This document shows positions 21,768 through 34,300 of a stretch of 64,000 nucleotides of DNA, piece after piece. Position 1 is the stretch's first letter, and the number at the start of each line of letters is the position of its first letter. The translations under genes and the position numbers were made by a program. Location: assembly GCA_013214205.1 (NCBI GenBank), contig JABSPQ010000095.1, forward strand, positions 5,886-69,885, read 5' to 3'. The notes below the pieces were generated by a model, which was not told the origin of the DNA, made no database searches, and saw nothing but the letters and a program-made list of their open reading frames with translations. This DNA is from Flavobacteriales bacterium. Its GTDB lineage: Bacteria; Bacteroidota; Bacteroidia; DT-38.

Positions 21768-23240
21768 TTGAGGACTATAAATTTACAAATAATTGTGCGG
21801 ACTTCTATAAACTTAACCAGCTCATTTTCAGCGTCAGATTCGCTGATATTGCTACAATCAGACCTTTTAGGATTAGATAAATTTGGCCTTTCGAAAGCCG
21901 AAGTTGATCATGTTAAAAAACAGCTAAAAGACAAAGCCAACCCTTTTGTTACTTTAAACCAGTACAATAGAATGGTTTTCGTTATTCAAATTGGCGACAA
22001 AGCTTCGTCGCCGAAACTGCTAGAAGACACCCGGAAAAACGGAAACATCATCGTTGCTCAACTAAACACACAGAAAATAAAAAGTGCTGTAGTTGTCGAC
22101 AATCTTAAGATTCAAGGCATTTCTACTGCTATTGCAGAAGGAATTGCACTCGGGAATTATCAGTTTTTAAATCACAAAACTGGCAAGCAAAAAGATAACT
22201 CGCTGAGTCAAATCAAAATTAAATCTGACAATTTAACCAAAGCTGAAGCAGGACAATTGCAAAATCAATTGGATTCGGTATTGATTGCTCGCGACTTGGT
22301 AAACGAACCTTTATCGTATTTAACTGCCGATCAAATGGCGAAAGATGTCGCTAAACTTGGCAAAAAATCAGGCTTTAAAGTTCATATATTGGGCAAAAAA
22401 CAGATTAGCACTTTAAAAATGGGTGGAATTCTTGCTGTGAACAAAGGAAGCGTAGATCCTCCCGCGTTTTGCATTCTAGAATGGAAACCTAAAAAAGTAG
22501 TTAATAAAAAGCCTTATGTTTTGGTGGGCAAAGGTGTTGTGTTTGATACTGGTGGTTTAAGTTTAAAGCCTACTCCAAATTCCATGGACATGATGAAATG
22601 TGATATGGGAGGGGCCGCCACAGTTACCGGTGTAATTAATGCAATCGCGCTTTCGAAATTACCGATTCACATTATAGGACTGTTGCCACTTACGGACAAT
22701 CGCCCTGGCGGAAACGCAATTGTGCCTAGCGATGTAATTACCATGCACAACAAAATGACGGTTGAGGTAATGAATACGGATGCAGAAGGCCGATTAATTT
22801 TAGCCGATGCATTGAGTTATGCAAAAAAGTACAAACCAGAACTGGTAATCGATTTGGCTACGCTTACAGGATCTGCACATGCAGCAATTGGTGCCCAGGC
22901 AAGTGTATTAATGGGTACTGCCGATGAAGAAATTAAATTCAGGCTAAAAAATTGTGGTCTTAAAACTCATGAACGATTAGCTGAATTTCCGTTTTGGGAC
23001 GAATATGGTGAGCAATTAAAATCTGATGTAGCAGATTTAAGCAACATGGGCGGACCAACTGCTGGAGCAATTACGGCTGGTAAATTTTTAGAGAATTTTA
23101 TAGATTACCCATGGCTCCACATTGATATTGCTGGCACGGCATTTTTAACGGCTCCAGATAGCTACCGACCTAAAGGCGGAACTGGTTATGGAGTTAGGTT
23201 GTTGTATAATTTCTTCTTAGACATCGCTAATAAAAAATAA
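21768..23240 (+). CDS. pepA: leucyl aminopeptidase (peptidase family M17)
   Basis: The NTDAEGRLILADAL signature and the KGVVFDTGG motif are present. Confidence 0.8.
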   Translation: MRTINLQIIVRTSINLTSSFSASDSLILLQSDLLGLDKFGLSKAEVDHVKKQLKDKANPFVTLNQYNRMVFVIQIGDKASSPKLLEDTRKNGNIIVAQLNTQKIKSAVVVDNLKIQGISTAIAEGIALGNYQFLNHKTGKQKDNSLSQIKIKSDNLTKAEAGQLQNQLDSVLIARDLVNEPLSYLTADQMAKDVAKLGKKSGFKVHILGKKQISTLKMGGILAVNKGSVDPPAFCILEWKPKKVVNKKPYVLVGKGVVFDTGGLSLKPTPNSMDMMKCDMGGAATVTGVINAIALSKLPIHIIGLLPLTDNRPGGNAIVPSDVITMHNKMTVEVMNTDAEGRLILADALSYAKKYKPELVIDLATLTGSAHAAIGAQASVLMGTADEEIKFRLKNCGLKTHERLAEFPFWDEYGEQLKSDVADLSNMGGPTAGAITAGKFLENFIDYPWLHIDIAGTAFLTAPDSYRPKGGTGYGVRLLYNFFLDIANKK

Positions 23241-23241
23241 T

Positions 23242-24240
23242 ATGTCGGCAGTAAGGATAGGCATTTCGGCAGGAGATTTAAATGGAGTTGGTTTAGAAGT
23301 AGCCCTTAAAGCCTTGTTAAACCACAACATACCGAATGAATGCGTTGCAATAATTTACGCTTCGGAACCTGTAGTTCGACAAAATTTAGAGCTAATAGGC
23401 CATAGTACTACCACCGTTCGTGTAATTGGTGACCCTATGGAAGGAATCGCTGGAACCATCAATATTTTAAAAAGTTGGGACGAAGAGGTTACAATTGAAT
23501 TTGGAGCTTCGAGCGTTGAGATGGGGAAATTATCCTATATCTCTTTAAGTAAAGCAACAGATGATTTGGTTGATGGAAAAATTGATGCCTTGGTTACGTG
23601 CCCTATTAATAAGAACAACATCCAATCGGATGCTTTTAACTTTCCTGGACATACCGAATATTTAGGTTCTCGTGGTGGTGTTAAAGATCCGTTGATGCTG
23701 ATGACAAATAAGAATTTAAGCATAGCCGTTGCTACAGGTCACATTCCTGTGAGTAAAATAGCCAGCGCGATAACAGAAGAACTGTTGATTAGAAAAACCA
23801 CTTTACTGTCGGATAGCTTAAAGAAAGATTCTGGAATTAGATCACCACACATCGCTTTACTTGGTTTAAACCCTCATGCTGGCGACAATGGCACTTTGGG
23901 CGACGAAGAAATTACAACCATTATTCCTGCAATAAATAAATTAAAGGAAGCAGGCATAAATGTAAATGGTCCCTTCCCTGCCGATGGTTTGTTTGGATCT
24001 AAGGCTCACGAAAATTACGATGGCATCTTGGCCATGTACCACGATCAAGGCTTAATTCCATTTAAAGCACTAACATTTAACGCAGGTGTTAATTTTACCG
24101 CAGCATTACCTTTTGTCCGCACCTCCCCCGACCACGGAACAGGTTTTGATATCGCTGGAAAGAATATGGCATCAGAAAATTCTTTTCATTGTGCTATTAT
24201 TAAGGCAATGGAGGTTGTGGAGGCGAGGAAAGCCTCGTAG
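23242..24240 (+). CDS. pdxA: 4-hydroxythreonine-4-phosphate dehydrogenase
   Basis: 332 aa. Shows PGHTEYL, LNPHAGDNG and TSPDHGT motifs of PdxA. Confidence 0.85.
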   Translation: MSAVRIGISAGDLNGVGLEVALKALLNHNIPNECVAIIYASEPVVRQNLELIGHSTTTVRVIGDPMEGIAGTINILKSWDEEVTIEFGASSVEMGKLSYISLSKATDDLVDGKIDALVTCPINKNNIQSDAFNFPGHTEYLGSRGGVKDPLMLMTNKNLSIAVATGHIPVSKIASAITEELLIRKTTLLSDSLKKDSGIRSPHIALLGLNPHAGDNGTLGDEEITTIIPAINKLKEAGINVNGPFPADGLFGSKAHENYDGILAMYHDQGLIPFKALTFNAGVNFTAALPFVRTSPDHGTGFDIAGKNMASENSFHCAIIKAMEVVEARKAS

Positions 24241-24687
24241 AATTACCTTCTTTTCCATGACCTAAAGGAACATGGTAGAAGAAGGATTGCATCATTCCGT
24301 AGCTAACGGTTTACTTTCAAAAATTTACTGCGAATTTTAATATAGTATCCCTCCACACCGGAGAAAGGCAAAATAAACAATTGAATGCCCCTCCTTCCTC
24401 AAATCCTTCAGGTTTTGGGAAAGGAAGACGATAATCCTTGAGATACCAACCATTAAAAAAACAGATACCATATCGTTATTCAACAAGCGAAAACATGATA
24501 ACTGTGACGACCTAATACAAATGCTACTTCATTGCCTCATCTTTCAGGTTGTGGCAATGAAGCCAGAACGAGCACCATAACCCCTAAAGATCACCATACA
24601 TTGCCAATCCTACCACATATTCCAGACAATCAATTGTTAAATCAGTTGAAAATGACTACTTTTGAGGCCTTTTTTGAGTAAGAAAGA

Positions 24688-25185
24688 ATGAAAGAATTGG
24701 ATACAGTTATAATTACATTGGCTGGTTTAAAAGAGGACATTTATCAATATAGTTTTAATATTGATGGGGGTTTCTTTGAAAAATATGATTTTTCAGAAAT
24801 CAGCGAATGCAATATAAAAATTGACATTCAATTGGTTTTGAGCTCCAACATGATGGTGTTCGAAGTTGAAATAACAGGTGACGTTAATGTTCCTTGTGAT
24901 AGTTGCGGATCAAGTTTTGACATGGCTATTAAAGGAAATGAAAAATTAATTGTTAAAATTAGCGAGTTCGACAATTTTGATGATGAAGTTTGGATGATAA
25001 CCTCATTTGGTGGTGAAATAGATCTTACACACTTCGTTTACGAATGCGTAATGACTTTTATACCCGCAAAAAGAGTACACTTAGAGGGAGAATGTAATAA
25101 AGAGGCGTTAGAGAATTTAGAAAAATTCAAGGTGATAAAAGAGAGTAACGATCCTAGATGGGATCAATTAAAAGAAATAGTATAA
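24688..25185 (+). CDS. yceD: YceD/DUF177 family protein (large-subunit rRNA accumulation)
   Basis: 165 aa with a CDSCG zinc-ribbon-like motif. It sits in the conserved position upstream of rpmF-plsX-fabH. Confidence 0.65.
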   Translation: MKELDTVIITLAGLKEDIYQYSFNIDGGFFEKYDFSEISECNIKIDIQLVLSSNMMVFEVEITGDVNVPCDSCGSSFDMAIKGNEKLIVKISEFDNFDDEVWMITSFGGEIDLTHFVYECVMTFIPAKRVHLEGECNKEALENLEKFKVIKESNDPRWDQLKEIV

Positions 25186-25200
25186 TAATTAACAGTAACT

Positions 25201-25386
25201 ATGGCACATCCTAAACGAAAAATATCGAAAAGCCGAAGAGATAAAAGAAGAACACACTACAAAGCGAGTGCAACTACTCTATCAGTTTGTTCAAACTGTA
25301 ATTCTCCAGTACAATACCACCGTGTTTGTAATGATTGTGGATATTACAAAGGCAAATTAGCAGTAGAAAAAGCAGTAGCGGTATAA
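25201..25386 (+). CDS. rpmF: 50S ribosomal protein L32
   Basis: 61 aa. Starts MAHPKRKISKSRRDKRR. Confidence 0.85.
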   Translation: MAHPKRKISKSRRDKRRTHYKASATTLSVCSNCNSPVQYHRVCNDCGYYKGKLAVEKAVAV

Positions 25387-25426
25387 TTCACTTTTCCCAA
25401 ACATTTTACATTCCTTCTCTTAACTT

Positions 25427-26371
25427 ATGATGAGAATAGGTATTGATATAATGGGAAGTGATTTTGCTCCAGAGATCCCTGTACAAGGTGTTCTCCTAGC
25501 TCAAAAAGAGCTTGACACTTCCTTAATCGAAATGGTTCTATTTGGTAAAGCCGATTTAATTAAATCGGCCTTGCTCAAAGAGGGCGGAAACCCCGACGAT
25601 TTCGAAATCGTAGATTGCTCCGAGGTAGTTGAGATGAAAGATTCTCCACTTAAAGCACTCCGAGAAAAAAGAAACTCTAGTATTTCTATTGGTTTCGGGA
25701 TGTTAGTTGAGAAAAAAATCGACGGCTTTGCAGGTGCAGGAAATACGGGAGCCATGATGGCTGGCGCTATGCTTAGCGTTAAAAATGTACCCGGCGTAAT
25801 TCGTCCTTGCGTTATTTCATTCAAACCAAAAGAAAACGGCGAATGTAACGTCCTACTCGACGTTGGGTCTAATGCCGACTGCAAGCCTGACGTTATGTAC
25901 CAATTTGGCACACTTGGTTCTCTTTATAGCCACCACATTCTAAAAGTGGACAATCCAAGAATTGGTTTATTAAACCTTGGCAAAGAAAAAGGCAAAGGAA
26001 ACCTACTTACTCAAGCTACCTTCGAATTAATGGAAGGTTCAAAAGATTTTAATTTCATTGGCAATGTTGAAGGAAATAATATTTTCGACGACGACACCGA
26101 TGTTATTGTAACAGACGGCTTTACTGGAAATGTAGTTTTAAAGTCGATGGAACGTATTTACGGTTTATTGAAGAAAAGAGGATTTGTAGATGACTTTATT
26201 CAGAAATTAGATTACCAATCTTTTGGTGGTAGTCCTATTTTAGGTGTAAATTCCCCTGTAGTTGTGGGACATGGTTCATCTACTCCAGAGGCGATTAAGA
26301 ATATGATTAAATTAACACAGAGCATGATTGAAGCCGACCTTTGTGGAAAAACAAGAGAAGCATTTAATTAA
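25427..26371 (+). CDS. plsX: phosphate acyltransferase PlsX
   Basis: 314 aa. Starts MRIGIDIMGSDFAPE..., the PlsX family N-terminus. Confidence 0.9.
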   Translation: MMRIGIDIMGSDFAPEIPVQGVLLAQKELDTSLIEMVLFGKADLIKSALLKEGGNPDDFEIVDCSEVVEMKDSPLKALREKRNSSISIGFGMLVEKKIDGFAGAGNTGAMMAGAMLSVKNVPGVIRPCVISFKPKENGECNVLLDVGSNADCKPDVMYQFGTLGSLYSHHILKVDNPRIGLLNLGKEKGKGNLLTQATFELMEGSKDFNFIGNVEGNNIFDDDTDVIVTDGFTGNVVLKSMERIYGLLKKRGFVDDFIQKLDYQSFGGSPILGVNSPVVVGHGSSTPEAIKNMIKLTQSMIEADLCGKTREAFN

Positions 26372-26374
26372 TAG

Positions 26375-27358
26375 ATGAGAAGAGCAGTAATTACAGGTGT
26401 TGCGGGATATGTACCAGAAAAGGTTATCACTAATAAGGATCTAGAAAAATTTGTTGACACTACAGACGAGTGGATTAGATCGAGAACTGGTATTGAAGAA
26501 AGAAGGGTGCTTGAAGAAGGCGGTACTTCTATTATAGGAGAACATGCTGTACGCATGCTTTGTGAAAAAACCAACACTGATCCCAAAGAAATCGATCTGA
26601 TTATTTGTGCTACAGTTACTCCGGATATGATTTTTCCAGCTACGGCGAACATCATTTGCGATAAAGTTGGTGCTACCAACGCTTGGGGATACGATTTAAA
26701 TGCTGCGTGTTCTGGCTTTTTATATGCTCTAGATACTGGTGCACAATACATAGCAACAGGAAAATACAAAAAAGTAGTTGTTGTAGGAGCAGATAAAATG
26801 TCTTCTATAATCGATTATAAAGACAGAACTACTTGTATCATTTTCGGAGATGGCGGTGGAGCAGTAATGCTTGAACCTTCTGAAGACGACAACGGAATTA
26901 TTGATTCTATTTTAAAGTGTGATGGTGCTGGACGTAATCATTTAGCTATTCCGGCTGGTGGTTCAGAAAGACCTGCTTCTATTGAAACTGTAGAAACTCG
27001 ACAACACTTTGTTCGTCAGGAAGGCCAAATCGTATTTAAAGCGGCTGTTACATCTATGGCTTCTGTAGCCTACGATATAATGGAAAAAAACAATTTATCA
27101 TCTGATGATGTGGCTTGGTTAGTACCTCATCAAGCTAATTTGAGAATAATATCTGCTACTGCCAATAGAATGGGTGTATCGGAAGACAAAGTAATGATTA
27201 ACATCCAGAAGTATGGTAATACTACTGCTGGTACCATTCCATTGTGTTTATGGGAATGGGAAAAGAAAATGAAAAAAGGCGATAATATAATTTTAGCTGC
27301 TTTTGGAGGTGGGTTTACGTGGGGTTCTCTATATTTAAAGTGGGGATACGATAGTTAA
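26375..27358 (+). CDS. fabH: 3-oxoacyl-ACP synthase III
   Basis: 327 aa. Catalytic Cys context AACSGF, plus His/Asn motifs. Confidence 0.9.
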   Translation: MRRAVITGVAGYVPEKVITNKDLEKFVDTTDEWIRSRTGIEERRVLEEGGTSIIGEHAVRMLCEKTNTDPKEIDLIICATVTPDMIFPATANIICDKVGATNAWGYDLNAACSGFLYALDTGAQYIATGKYKKVVVVGADKMSSIIDYKDRTTCIIFGDGGGAVMLEPSEDDNGIIDSILKCDGAGRNHLAIPAGGSERPASIETVETRQHFVRQEGQIVFKAAVTSMASVAYDIMEKNNLSSDDVAWLVPHQANLRIISATANRMGVSEDKVMINIQKYGNTTAGTIPLCLWEWEKKMKKGDNIILAAFGGGFTWGSLYLKWGYDS

Positions 27359-27456
27359 GATTTTATTATTATAAAATTTATAACTTCACAGCTTAATAAT
27401 TCATCTATAGCTAATCGAACTATATTGCGAGAGTTTAAAATGAAATAAATCGATTC

Positions 27457-27969
27457 ATGAAATTATCTGAAATTCAAGAACTAATAAAATTTGTTGCAAA
27501 ATCTGGTGTTACCGAGGTTGAGCTAGAACACAAAGACTTTAAAATTGTCATCAAAACTCCTCCTGGGAGAAGAAGAGGACAAAAGGATCTTCCAGAAATG
27601 ATGGTTCAAACTGTTGCTGGAGAAGATGGAGTAATGCCAATTGCGGTTGCTGCTCCTGTAGTTGTTGCAGCCCCGGTTGCCGTTCCTGTTGCAGAAGCAC
27701 CAGCTCAAACAGATGAAGAAGCTGGTTACATTACCATTAAAGCACCTATGATTGGTACTTTCTACAGAGCTTCAGATCCTGAAACCCCACCATTTATTAA
27801 TGTTGGCGATGTGATTTCTGCAGGTAGTAACATCTGTATTATCGAAGCAATGAAATTATTTAACGAAATTGAATCAGAAGTAAGCGGTAAGGTTATTAAA
27901 GTATTGGCAGACGATACGTCTCCAGTAGAATATGACCAACCATTGTTTTTGATCGATCCGAACGCGTAG
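27457..27969 (+). CDS. accB: acetyl-CoA carboxylase biotin carboxyl carrier protein
   Basis: Ala/Pro-rich linker and an EAMKL biotinyl-lysine motif. Confidence 0.9.
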   Translation: MKLSEIQELIKFVAKSGVTEVELEHKDFKIVIKTPPGRRRGQKDLPEMMVQTVAGEDGVMPIAVAAPVVVAAPVAVPVAEAPAQTDEEAGYITIKAPMIGTFYRASDPETPPFINVGDVISAGSNICIIEAMKLFNEIESEVSGKVIKVLADDTSPVEYDQPLFLIDPNA

Positions 27970-27988
27970 TAATTAATTCAGAATAAAA

Positions 27989-29329
27989 GTGTTTAAAAAA
28001 TTACTTATAGCGAATCGCGGAGAAATCGCGTTGAGAGTTATTAGAACTTGTCGCGAGATGGGCATTAAAACCATCGCAGTTTACTCTACAGCAGATACAG
28101 AAAGTTTACATGTAAAGTTTGCCGACGAGGCAGTTTGCATAGGCCCACCGCCTAGCATAGACTCCTATTTAAATATTCCTAGCGTAATTGCAGCGGCCGA
28201 AATTACCAATGCCGATGCCATTCATCCGGGATATGGTTTCTTATCAGAAAATTCTAAGTTCTCTAAAATTTGTGCCGAGCACAATATCAAATTTATCGGT
28301 CCATCTGGTGATATGATTGATAAAATGGGAGACAAAGCTACTGCTAAGACTACCATGAAAAAAGCAGGCGTACCATGTGTACCCGGTTCTGCTGGATTGG
28401 TTGACACTTTGGAGATAGCTATAAAAGAAGCAAAAAAAATTAAATATCCTGTTATTCTTAAAGCTACTGCCGGTGGCGGTGGTAAAGGAATGCGTTTGGC
28501 ATGGTCGGAAGACGAATTAGAAGGTGCTTGGGATGCTGCACGTAAAGAAGCTTTGGCTGCTTTTGCAAATAATGATATGTATTTAGAAAAATACATTGAA
28601 GAACCAAGACACATCGAGATTCAAATTATTGGCGACATGTATGGTAATGTGAGCCATCTGTCGGAAAGAGATTGCTCAATCCAAAGACGTCACCAAAAGT
28701 TGTTAGAAGAAACTCCATCTCCTTTCATGACGAAAGCGTTGAGAGACAAAATGGGTGCAGCAGCGGTTAAAGCAGCTGAATTCATTAAATATGAAGGTGT
28801 TGGAACGGTAGAATTTTTAGTTGACAAACACAAGAATTTCTACTTCATGGAGATGAATACTCGAATTCAAGTAGAGCATCCTATTACAGAAGAAGTAGTA
28901 AACTTTGACTTAATTAAAGAGCAAATTAAAGTTGCTGCAGGAGAAAAAGTTTCAGGTAAACATTATTTCCCTGAAGGCCATTCTATTGAATGTCGAATTA
29001 ACGCTGAAGATCCTTCCGCTGATTTTAGACCTTCGCCAGGAACTATTGTTACGTTAAACAAGCCAGGTGGATTAGGTGTCAGAATTGATTCGCACATATA
29101 CAATGGCTATACAATTCCTCCTCATTACGATTCTATGATTGCTAAACTGATTACCACGGCGCGTACCAGAGAAGAGGCAATTGCAAAAATGGATAGATGC
29201 TTAAGCGAGTTTGTTATTGAAGGAATTAAAACCACAATTCCGTTTCACAAAGCATTGATCAATAATGAAGATTTCAAAGCGGGAAATTACACTACGAAAT
29301 TTATGGAAACGTTTGAGTACAAAGGTTGA
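27989..29329 (+). CDS. accC: acetyl-CoA carboxylase biotin carboxylase subunit
   Basis: 446 aa ATP-grasp protein. Starts [24 protein letters not shown] and includes an [11 protein letters not shown] motif. Confidence 0.9.
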   Translation: MFKKLLIANRGEIALRVIRTCREMGIKTIAVYSTADTESLHVKFADEAVCIGPPPSIDSYLNIPSVIAAAEITNADAIHPGYGFLSENSKFSKICAEHNIKFIGPSGDMIDKMGDKATAKTTMKKAGVPCVPGSAGLVDTLEIAIKEAKKIKYPVILKATAGGGGKGMRLAWSEDELEGAWDAARKEALAAFANNDMYLEKYIEEPRHIEIQIIGDMYGNVSHLSERDCSIQRRHQKLLEETPSPFMTKALRDKMGAAAVKAAEFIKYEGVGTVEFLVDKHKNFYFMEMNTRIQVEHPITEEVVNFDLIKEQIKVAAGEKVSGKHYFPEGHSIECRINAEDPSADFRPSPGTIVTLNKPGGLGVRIDSHIYNGYTIPPHYDSMIAKLITTARTREEAIAKMDRCLSEFVIEGIKTTIPFHKALINNEDFKAGNYTTKFMETFEYKG

Positions 29330-31264
29330 TTAACCTAGTTTAACTGACTCATTACGAACTTTAGTACCAACTAATTCTTTAGCAGCTGCATAGATGCCAT
29401 CAGCATCATAACTGCACTCTGCATACAATTCTTGTTGTGTACCATGCTCTACTACTCTATCTGGTATACCCAGTCTTTTAACTTGAGCCATATAGTTGTT
29501 TTCCGACATAAACTCTAGTACCGCACTGCCCATTCCACCAACGATACTACCGTCTTCCACAGTAATTACTTTGGTAAACTTTTCAAAGACTTCGTGCAAC
29601 ATCATTTCATCTATAGGCTTTACAAATCGCATGTCGTAACGTGCAACACTAAGGCCTTCTTCTTCTAATTTTTTACAAGCGTCTTTAGCCAAGTTACCCA
29701 TGTGGCCAATGGTTAAAATTGCAACATCAGATCCGCTCGAAATTCTTCTTCCGGTTCCAATTGTAATTTTTTTCATTGGTGTTTTCCATTCAGTAATTAC
29801 ACCCTCGCCTCTAGGGTAACGAATAGTAAACGGACCTGTATCAGATTCTTGAGCCGTATACATCAAGTTTCTCAATTCCGATTCGTCCATTGGAGCCGAA
29901 ACAATCATGTTTGGCAAGCAACGCATGTAGGCAATATCGTAAGCACCATGATGCGTTGGGCCGTCTGCACCAGCAAATCCTGCTCTATCCAAACAAAACA
30001 CCACATGGAGGTTCTGAAGGCATACATCATGAATTACTTGATCGTATGCACGCTGCATAAACGTAGAATAAATATTACAGAACGGAATTAATCCTTGCGT
30101 TGCTAAACCTGCAGAAAAAGTTACTGCATGTTGCTCGGCAATACCAACATCAAATGCTCTTTTGGGCATTGCCTTCATCATTATGTTCAACGAACAACCA
30201 GATGGCATTGCCGGGGTAATCCCCATAATTTTGTCGTTCTTCTCGGCCAACTCTACAATGGTATGTCCAAATACATCCTGGTATTTAGGTGGCTTCGGAG
30301 ATTTAGGTGTAATCTTGATGATCTCGCCCGTTTCTTTGTTGAACAAACCTGGCGCATGCCATTTGGTTTGATCTCCATCCTCGGCTGGCTTGTACCCTTT
30401 TCCTTTTTTGGTAACGCAATGTAAAATTTTAGGCCCGGGTATATCTTTTAAATCATTAAGTACTTTCGATAAATGAATCGCATCGTGGCCGTAGATTGGT
30501 CCGAAGTATCTAAAGTTTAATGATTCGAATAAATTACTTTGTTTAAGTAAATAAGACTTTATACTACCTTCAATTTTCTGAGCAATCTCCTGAGCATTCG
30601 GTCCGAATTTAGAGATCATTCCGAGTAAATTCCAAACTTCGTCTTTTACCTTATTGTAAGTATGCGAAGTGGTAATGTCCGTTAAATATTCCTTTAAAGC
30701 ACCAACGTTCGGATCGATAGACATGCAATTGTCGTTTAGAACAATCAGCAAATTCGAGTTTTCAACTCCACCATGGTTAAGGCCTTCAAAAGCCATACCG
30801 CCAGTAAGCGCTCCATCGCCAATAACGGCAACATGTTGTTTATTAATCCCTTTGTATTCGTTGGCTACAGCCATTCCTAAGGCAGCAGAAATTGAAGTGG
30901 AAGAATGCCCAACGCCAAAAGCATCATATTCGCTTTCGCTTCTTTTTGGAAACCCACTAATGCCCCCATAAACCCTGTTGGTATCGAAACTTTCTCTTCT
31001 ACCAGTAAGAATTTTATGACCGTAAGCTTGATGACCAACATCCCAAATCAATTGATCTTTAGGCGTATCAAGCACATAATGAAGTGCCACAGTTAGTTCT
31101 ACTACTCCTAAGCTTGCGCCTAAATGTCCGCCCTTTTCAGATACTACATCAGTAATATAGTTACGAAGTTCATCGCAAACTTGAGGTAATTGCTCAATTT
31201 TTAATTTTCTGAGATCAGATGGATATTCGATCTCTCTAAGAAGTTTTCCAGCTTTATAGGCCAT
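29330..31264 (-). CDS. dxs: 1-deoxy-D-xylulose-5-phosphate synthase
   Basis: 644 aa. TPP motif GDGALTGGMAFE and a transketolase-like C-terminus. It is convergent with accC with no spacer. Confidence 0.9.
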   Translation of the reverse strand: MAYKAGKLLREIEYPSDLRKLKIEQLPQVCDELRNYITDVVSEKGGHLGASLGVVELTVALHYVLDTPKDQLIWDVGHQAYGHKILTGRRESFDTNRVYGGISGFPKRSESEYDAFGVGHSSTSISAALGMAVANEYKGINKQHVAVIGDGALTGGMAFEGLNHGGVENSNLLIVLNDNCMSIDPNVGALKEYLTDITTSHTYNKVKDEVWNLLGMISKFGPNAQEIAQKIEGSIKSYLLKQSNLFESLNFRYFGPIYGHDAIHLSKVLNDLKDIPGPKILHCVTKKGKGYKPAEDGDQTKWHAPGLFNKETGEIIKITPKSPKPPKYQDVFGHTIVELAEKNDKIMGITPAMPSGCSLNIMMKAMPKRAFDVGIAEQHAVTFSAGLATQGLIPFCNIYSTFMQRAYDQVIHDVCLQNLHVVFCLDRAGFAGADGPTHHGAYDIAYMRCLPNMIVSAPMDESELRNLMYTAQESDTGPFTIRYPRGEGVITEWKTPMKKITIGTGRRISSGSDVAILTIGHMGNLAKDACKKLEEEGLSVARYDMRFVKPIDEMMLHEVFEKFTKVITVEDGSIVGGMGSAVLEFMSENNYMAQVKRLGIPDRVVEHGTQQELYAECSYDADGIYAAAKELVGTKVRNESVKLG

Positions 31265-31355
31265 ACAAGCGTTTATGCAGTTGTAAAAGTAATGAAAATG
31301 TGTGTTTTCACCGCTGCCTTAACGATTAATAATCATCTATTGTTGTTGCCCCTTA

Positions 31356-34300
31356 TTAAGAAATCTCTTTAGCACCTCCCATTAAAGAAGTTTTCCATCT
31401 TTCTTTGATCAAGAACATGGCTGGAGTAATAACCAGAGTAAGGAAAGTTGCAAAGGTTAATCCAAAGATAACTGTCCACGACATAGGCCCCCAGAATACC
31501 ACATTGTCACCTCCAACAGAAATATCGGCATCATAAGATGAAAACAAACTAAAGAAATCTATGTTAAATCCCGTAGCCAAAGGGATCAACCCCAAAACAG
31601 TGGTAATCGCAGTTAATAAAACTGGTCGCAATCTGGTTTTACCACCTTCAATAATACATTTAATCAATTCGGCATCTGGTAATCGATCATCCTCATTCAA
31701 ACCCAATTCTTCTTTACGCCTAGCAATAATCAACATCGTATAGTCGATTAATACAATTGCGTTATTTACAACAACTCCAGCAAGCGAAATAATTCCAATC
31801 ATCGTCATGATGATGATGAAATCCATTTGAAAAATTATCAAGCCTAACACCACTCCAATAAAGCTTAACACAACCGACGAAAGAATAATAAACGGTGTAC
31901 CGAACGAATTAAATTGCGACACAATAATTAAAAAGATGAGGAATACAGCCAATAATAACGCTCCTCCCAAGAAAGCCATTTCTTTTGCCTGCTCTTCTTG
32001 CTCCCCCGTAAATTTAACCGTTACACCCATCGGCAATTCATAATTGTTCATTTCATCTTTCATGGCCTGCACAATCTCATTTCCATTGTACCCTTCTGTT
32101 ACAGTAGACGAAACAAAGATAACTCTATCCATGTTTTTTCTCTTGATCGCACTGTAAGTAGAGCTCTTTCTCACCTTAGCAACTGACGAAATAGGTACTT
32201 GCTGAATCTTACCATTCGTTTGATCTCGAAAAGTAATCCGTTGATTCATTAGCGATTCAATATCGTATCTGTACTTATCCGCAAATCGCACTTGAATAGG
32301 ATAATCGTCCTCACCATCTTTAAACTGAGAAATCTCTTTTCCATAAAGTGAAGTTCTAATTGTAGAGGCAATTTGAGCAGTTGACAGGTTAAGTCTTCTC
32401 GCTTTTCCTCTATCAATTTCAATAATTAATTCGGGTTTAGCCAACTCAATATCAAGCTTTAATTCATCTATTCCTGGAATATTTTTGGAGTTGATAAATC
32501 TTTTTACTTTCTCAGCTTCCACAACCAATAAATCTATGTCGGCACCAGTAACTTCAATATTAATTGGAGGGCCAGTTGGCGGACCAGCTGCATCTTTATC
32601 TACACTAATTCTAACCCCAGGAATTTGATCTTTAACAACGGTTCTAATGTTTTCCATTACGTCCCTGGTATTCACATCTCTTCTATACTGAAAGTCGACA
32701 AACGAAACACTAATACGTGCCTTATGAGGAGTTTTCCCTACTTGCGGACCAGCATTCGGATCGCTTGTTCCGTCGCCTGCATTAGCAATTACACTTTCAA
32801 TTAAAAAGTTAAATGTTTCTCCGTCTTCCGTTACCTCGTATTGCTTTAACTCGTCAATTACCAGAATTTCAAGTTCTTTTGTTGCTTCATTTGTTTCTTT
32901 AATATCAGTTCCTATAGGCAACTCAATAAATACATTGACATACTTTGGCATATTTGCCGGAAAAAACAAAACCTTAGGCTTAAACACATCTACCAAACTG
33001 AATGAAACGAACAACAACACAATTGTGCTAATAAAGAAAATCGCTGGTTTCTTTCCACTCATTACATAGCTTAAGAGAATACTATACTTTTCTTCTAACC
33101 AAGGCACCACCGTTTTTTGAAATTTGTAGGAATATGGCGTAAAGAAAATCACGTTAAAAAACAGAAGTAAGGCAAAAGTAATTAGAATATTTCCCGACAC
33201 TGGGAAACCTGTAATATCAAAAGCAATTCCTCCAATTAGCATTGTGCCTATTGGTATGAGTAATTCTGACAATTTGGTAGTGGGAACAATAAAGAAGTTT
33301 CTAAATAATATTCTCGCGAGCGCAATCATGTAAGCAATTGAACCAACTACGTTAAGAAGTGGCGCCATTTCCTTTTCCTCACCCGACATTTTCGCCATCT
33401 GGCCACTAACCATAAAGAATACCAACGCTCCTAAAATAAATGCGGCGTTAATAATTGGTTTTGGATCTTTAATAATCTCTACTTCTTTTAGTTTCATCCA
33501 AAGAGAAGTAAATACCGTATTAATAACCAGACCAACAAAAAGTGAGGAACCCAAAACGATCATTAAAGTTATTGGTAGAATCCCCATGAATTCACCCATC
33601 ATTCCAGGCCAGAAAATAAGTGGTAAAAATGCTGCTAACGTTGTGGCTGTAGACGCAATAATTGCCCAAGCAACTTCTCCTGCACCTTCTTTAGCCGCTT
33701 GAAAAGATCCCAAGCCCTCGTCCATTAATCGATATACATTTTCTACGATAACAATTCCATTATCAACCAACATACCCAAAGCCAAAATCATTCCGAACAA
33801 CACCATCATATTGATGCTATAACCCATCATATCTAGCACAACAAAAGAGGTAAACATAGATAATGGAATGGCCATCCCTACAAACAATGCGTTTCTGAAT
33901 CCTAAGAAGAAAAGCAACACTACAACCACAAGTAGAATCCCCATAATAATTGAATTCTCGAGGTTTTTAACCATCGATTTGGTTTGAGCCGATTGATCGT
34001 TGGTTACAGTGATATCCAAATCAGATGGTAGATATGAAACCTTCGATTCCTTTATAATATCCTCAATTTGTGCAGTTGCAGAAAGTAAATTTTTCCCTGC
34101 TTTTTTAATTACATCCAGCATTACAACAGGCTTTTGAAACTCTCTTGCATAACTGGTTCTTTCCTCAAATTTGAAAGCAACATCTGCAACATCTCTCAAG
34201 TAAACAATGTTGAATTTTTCTTGTTTGATGATGATATTTTCAATGTCTTCCATCGATTTAAAATCACCAACCGCTCTAACTGTTCTTCGCGTTCCGCCTA

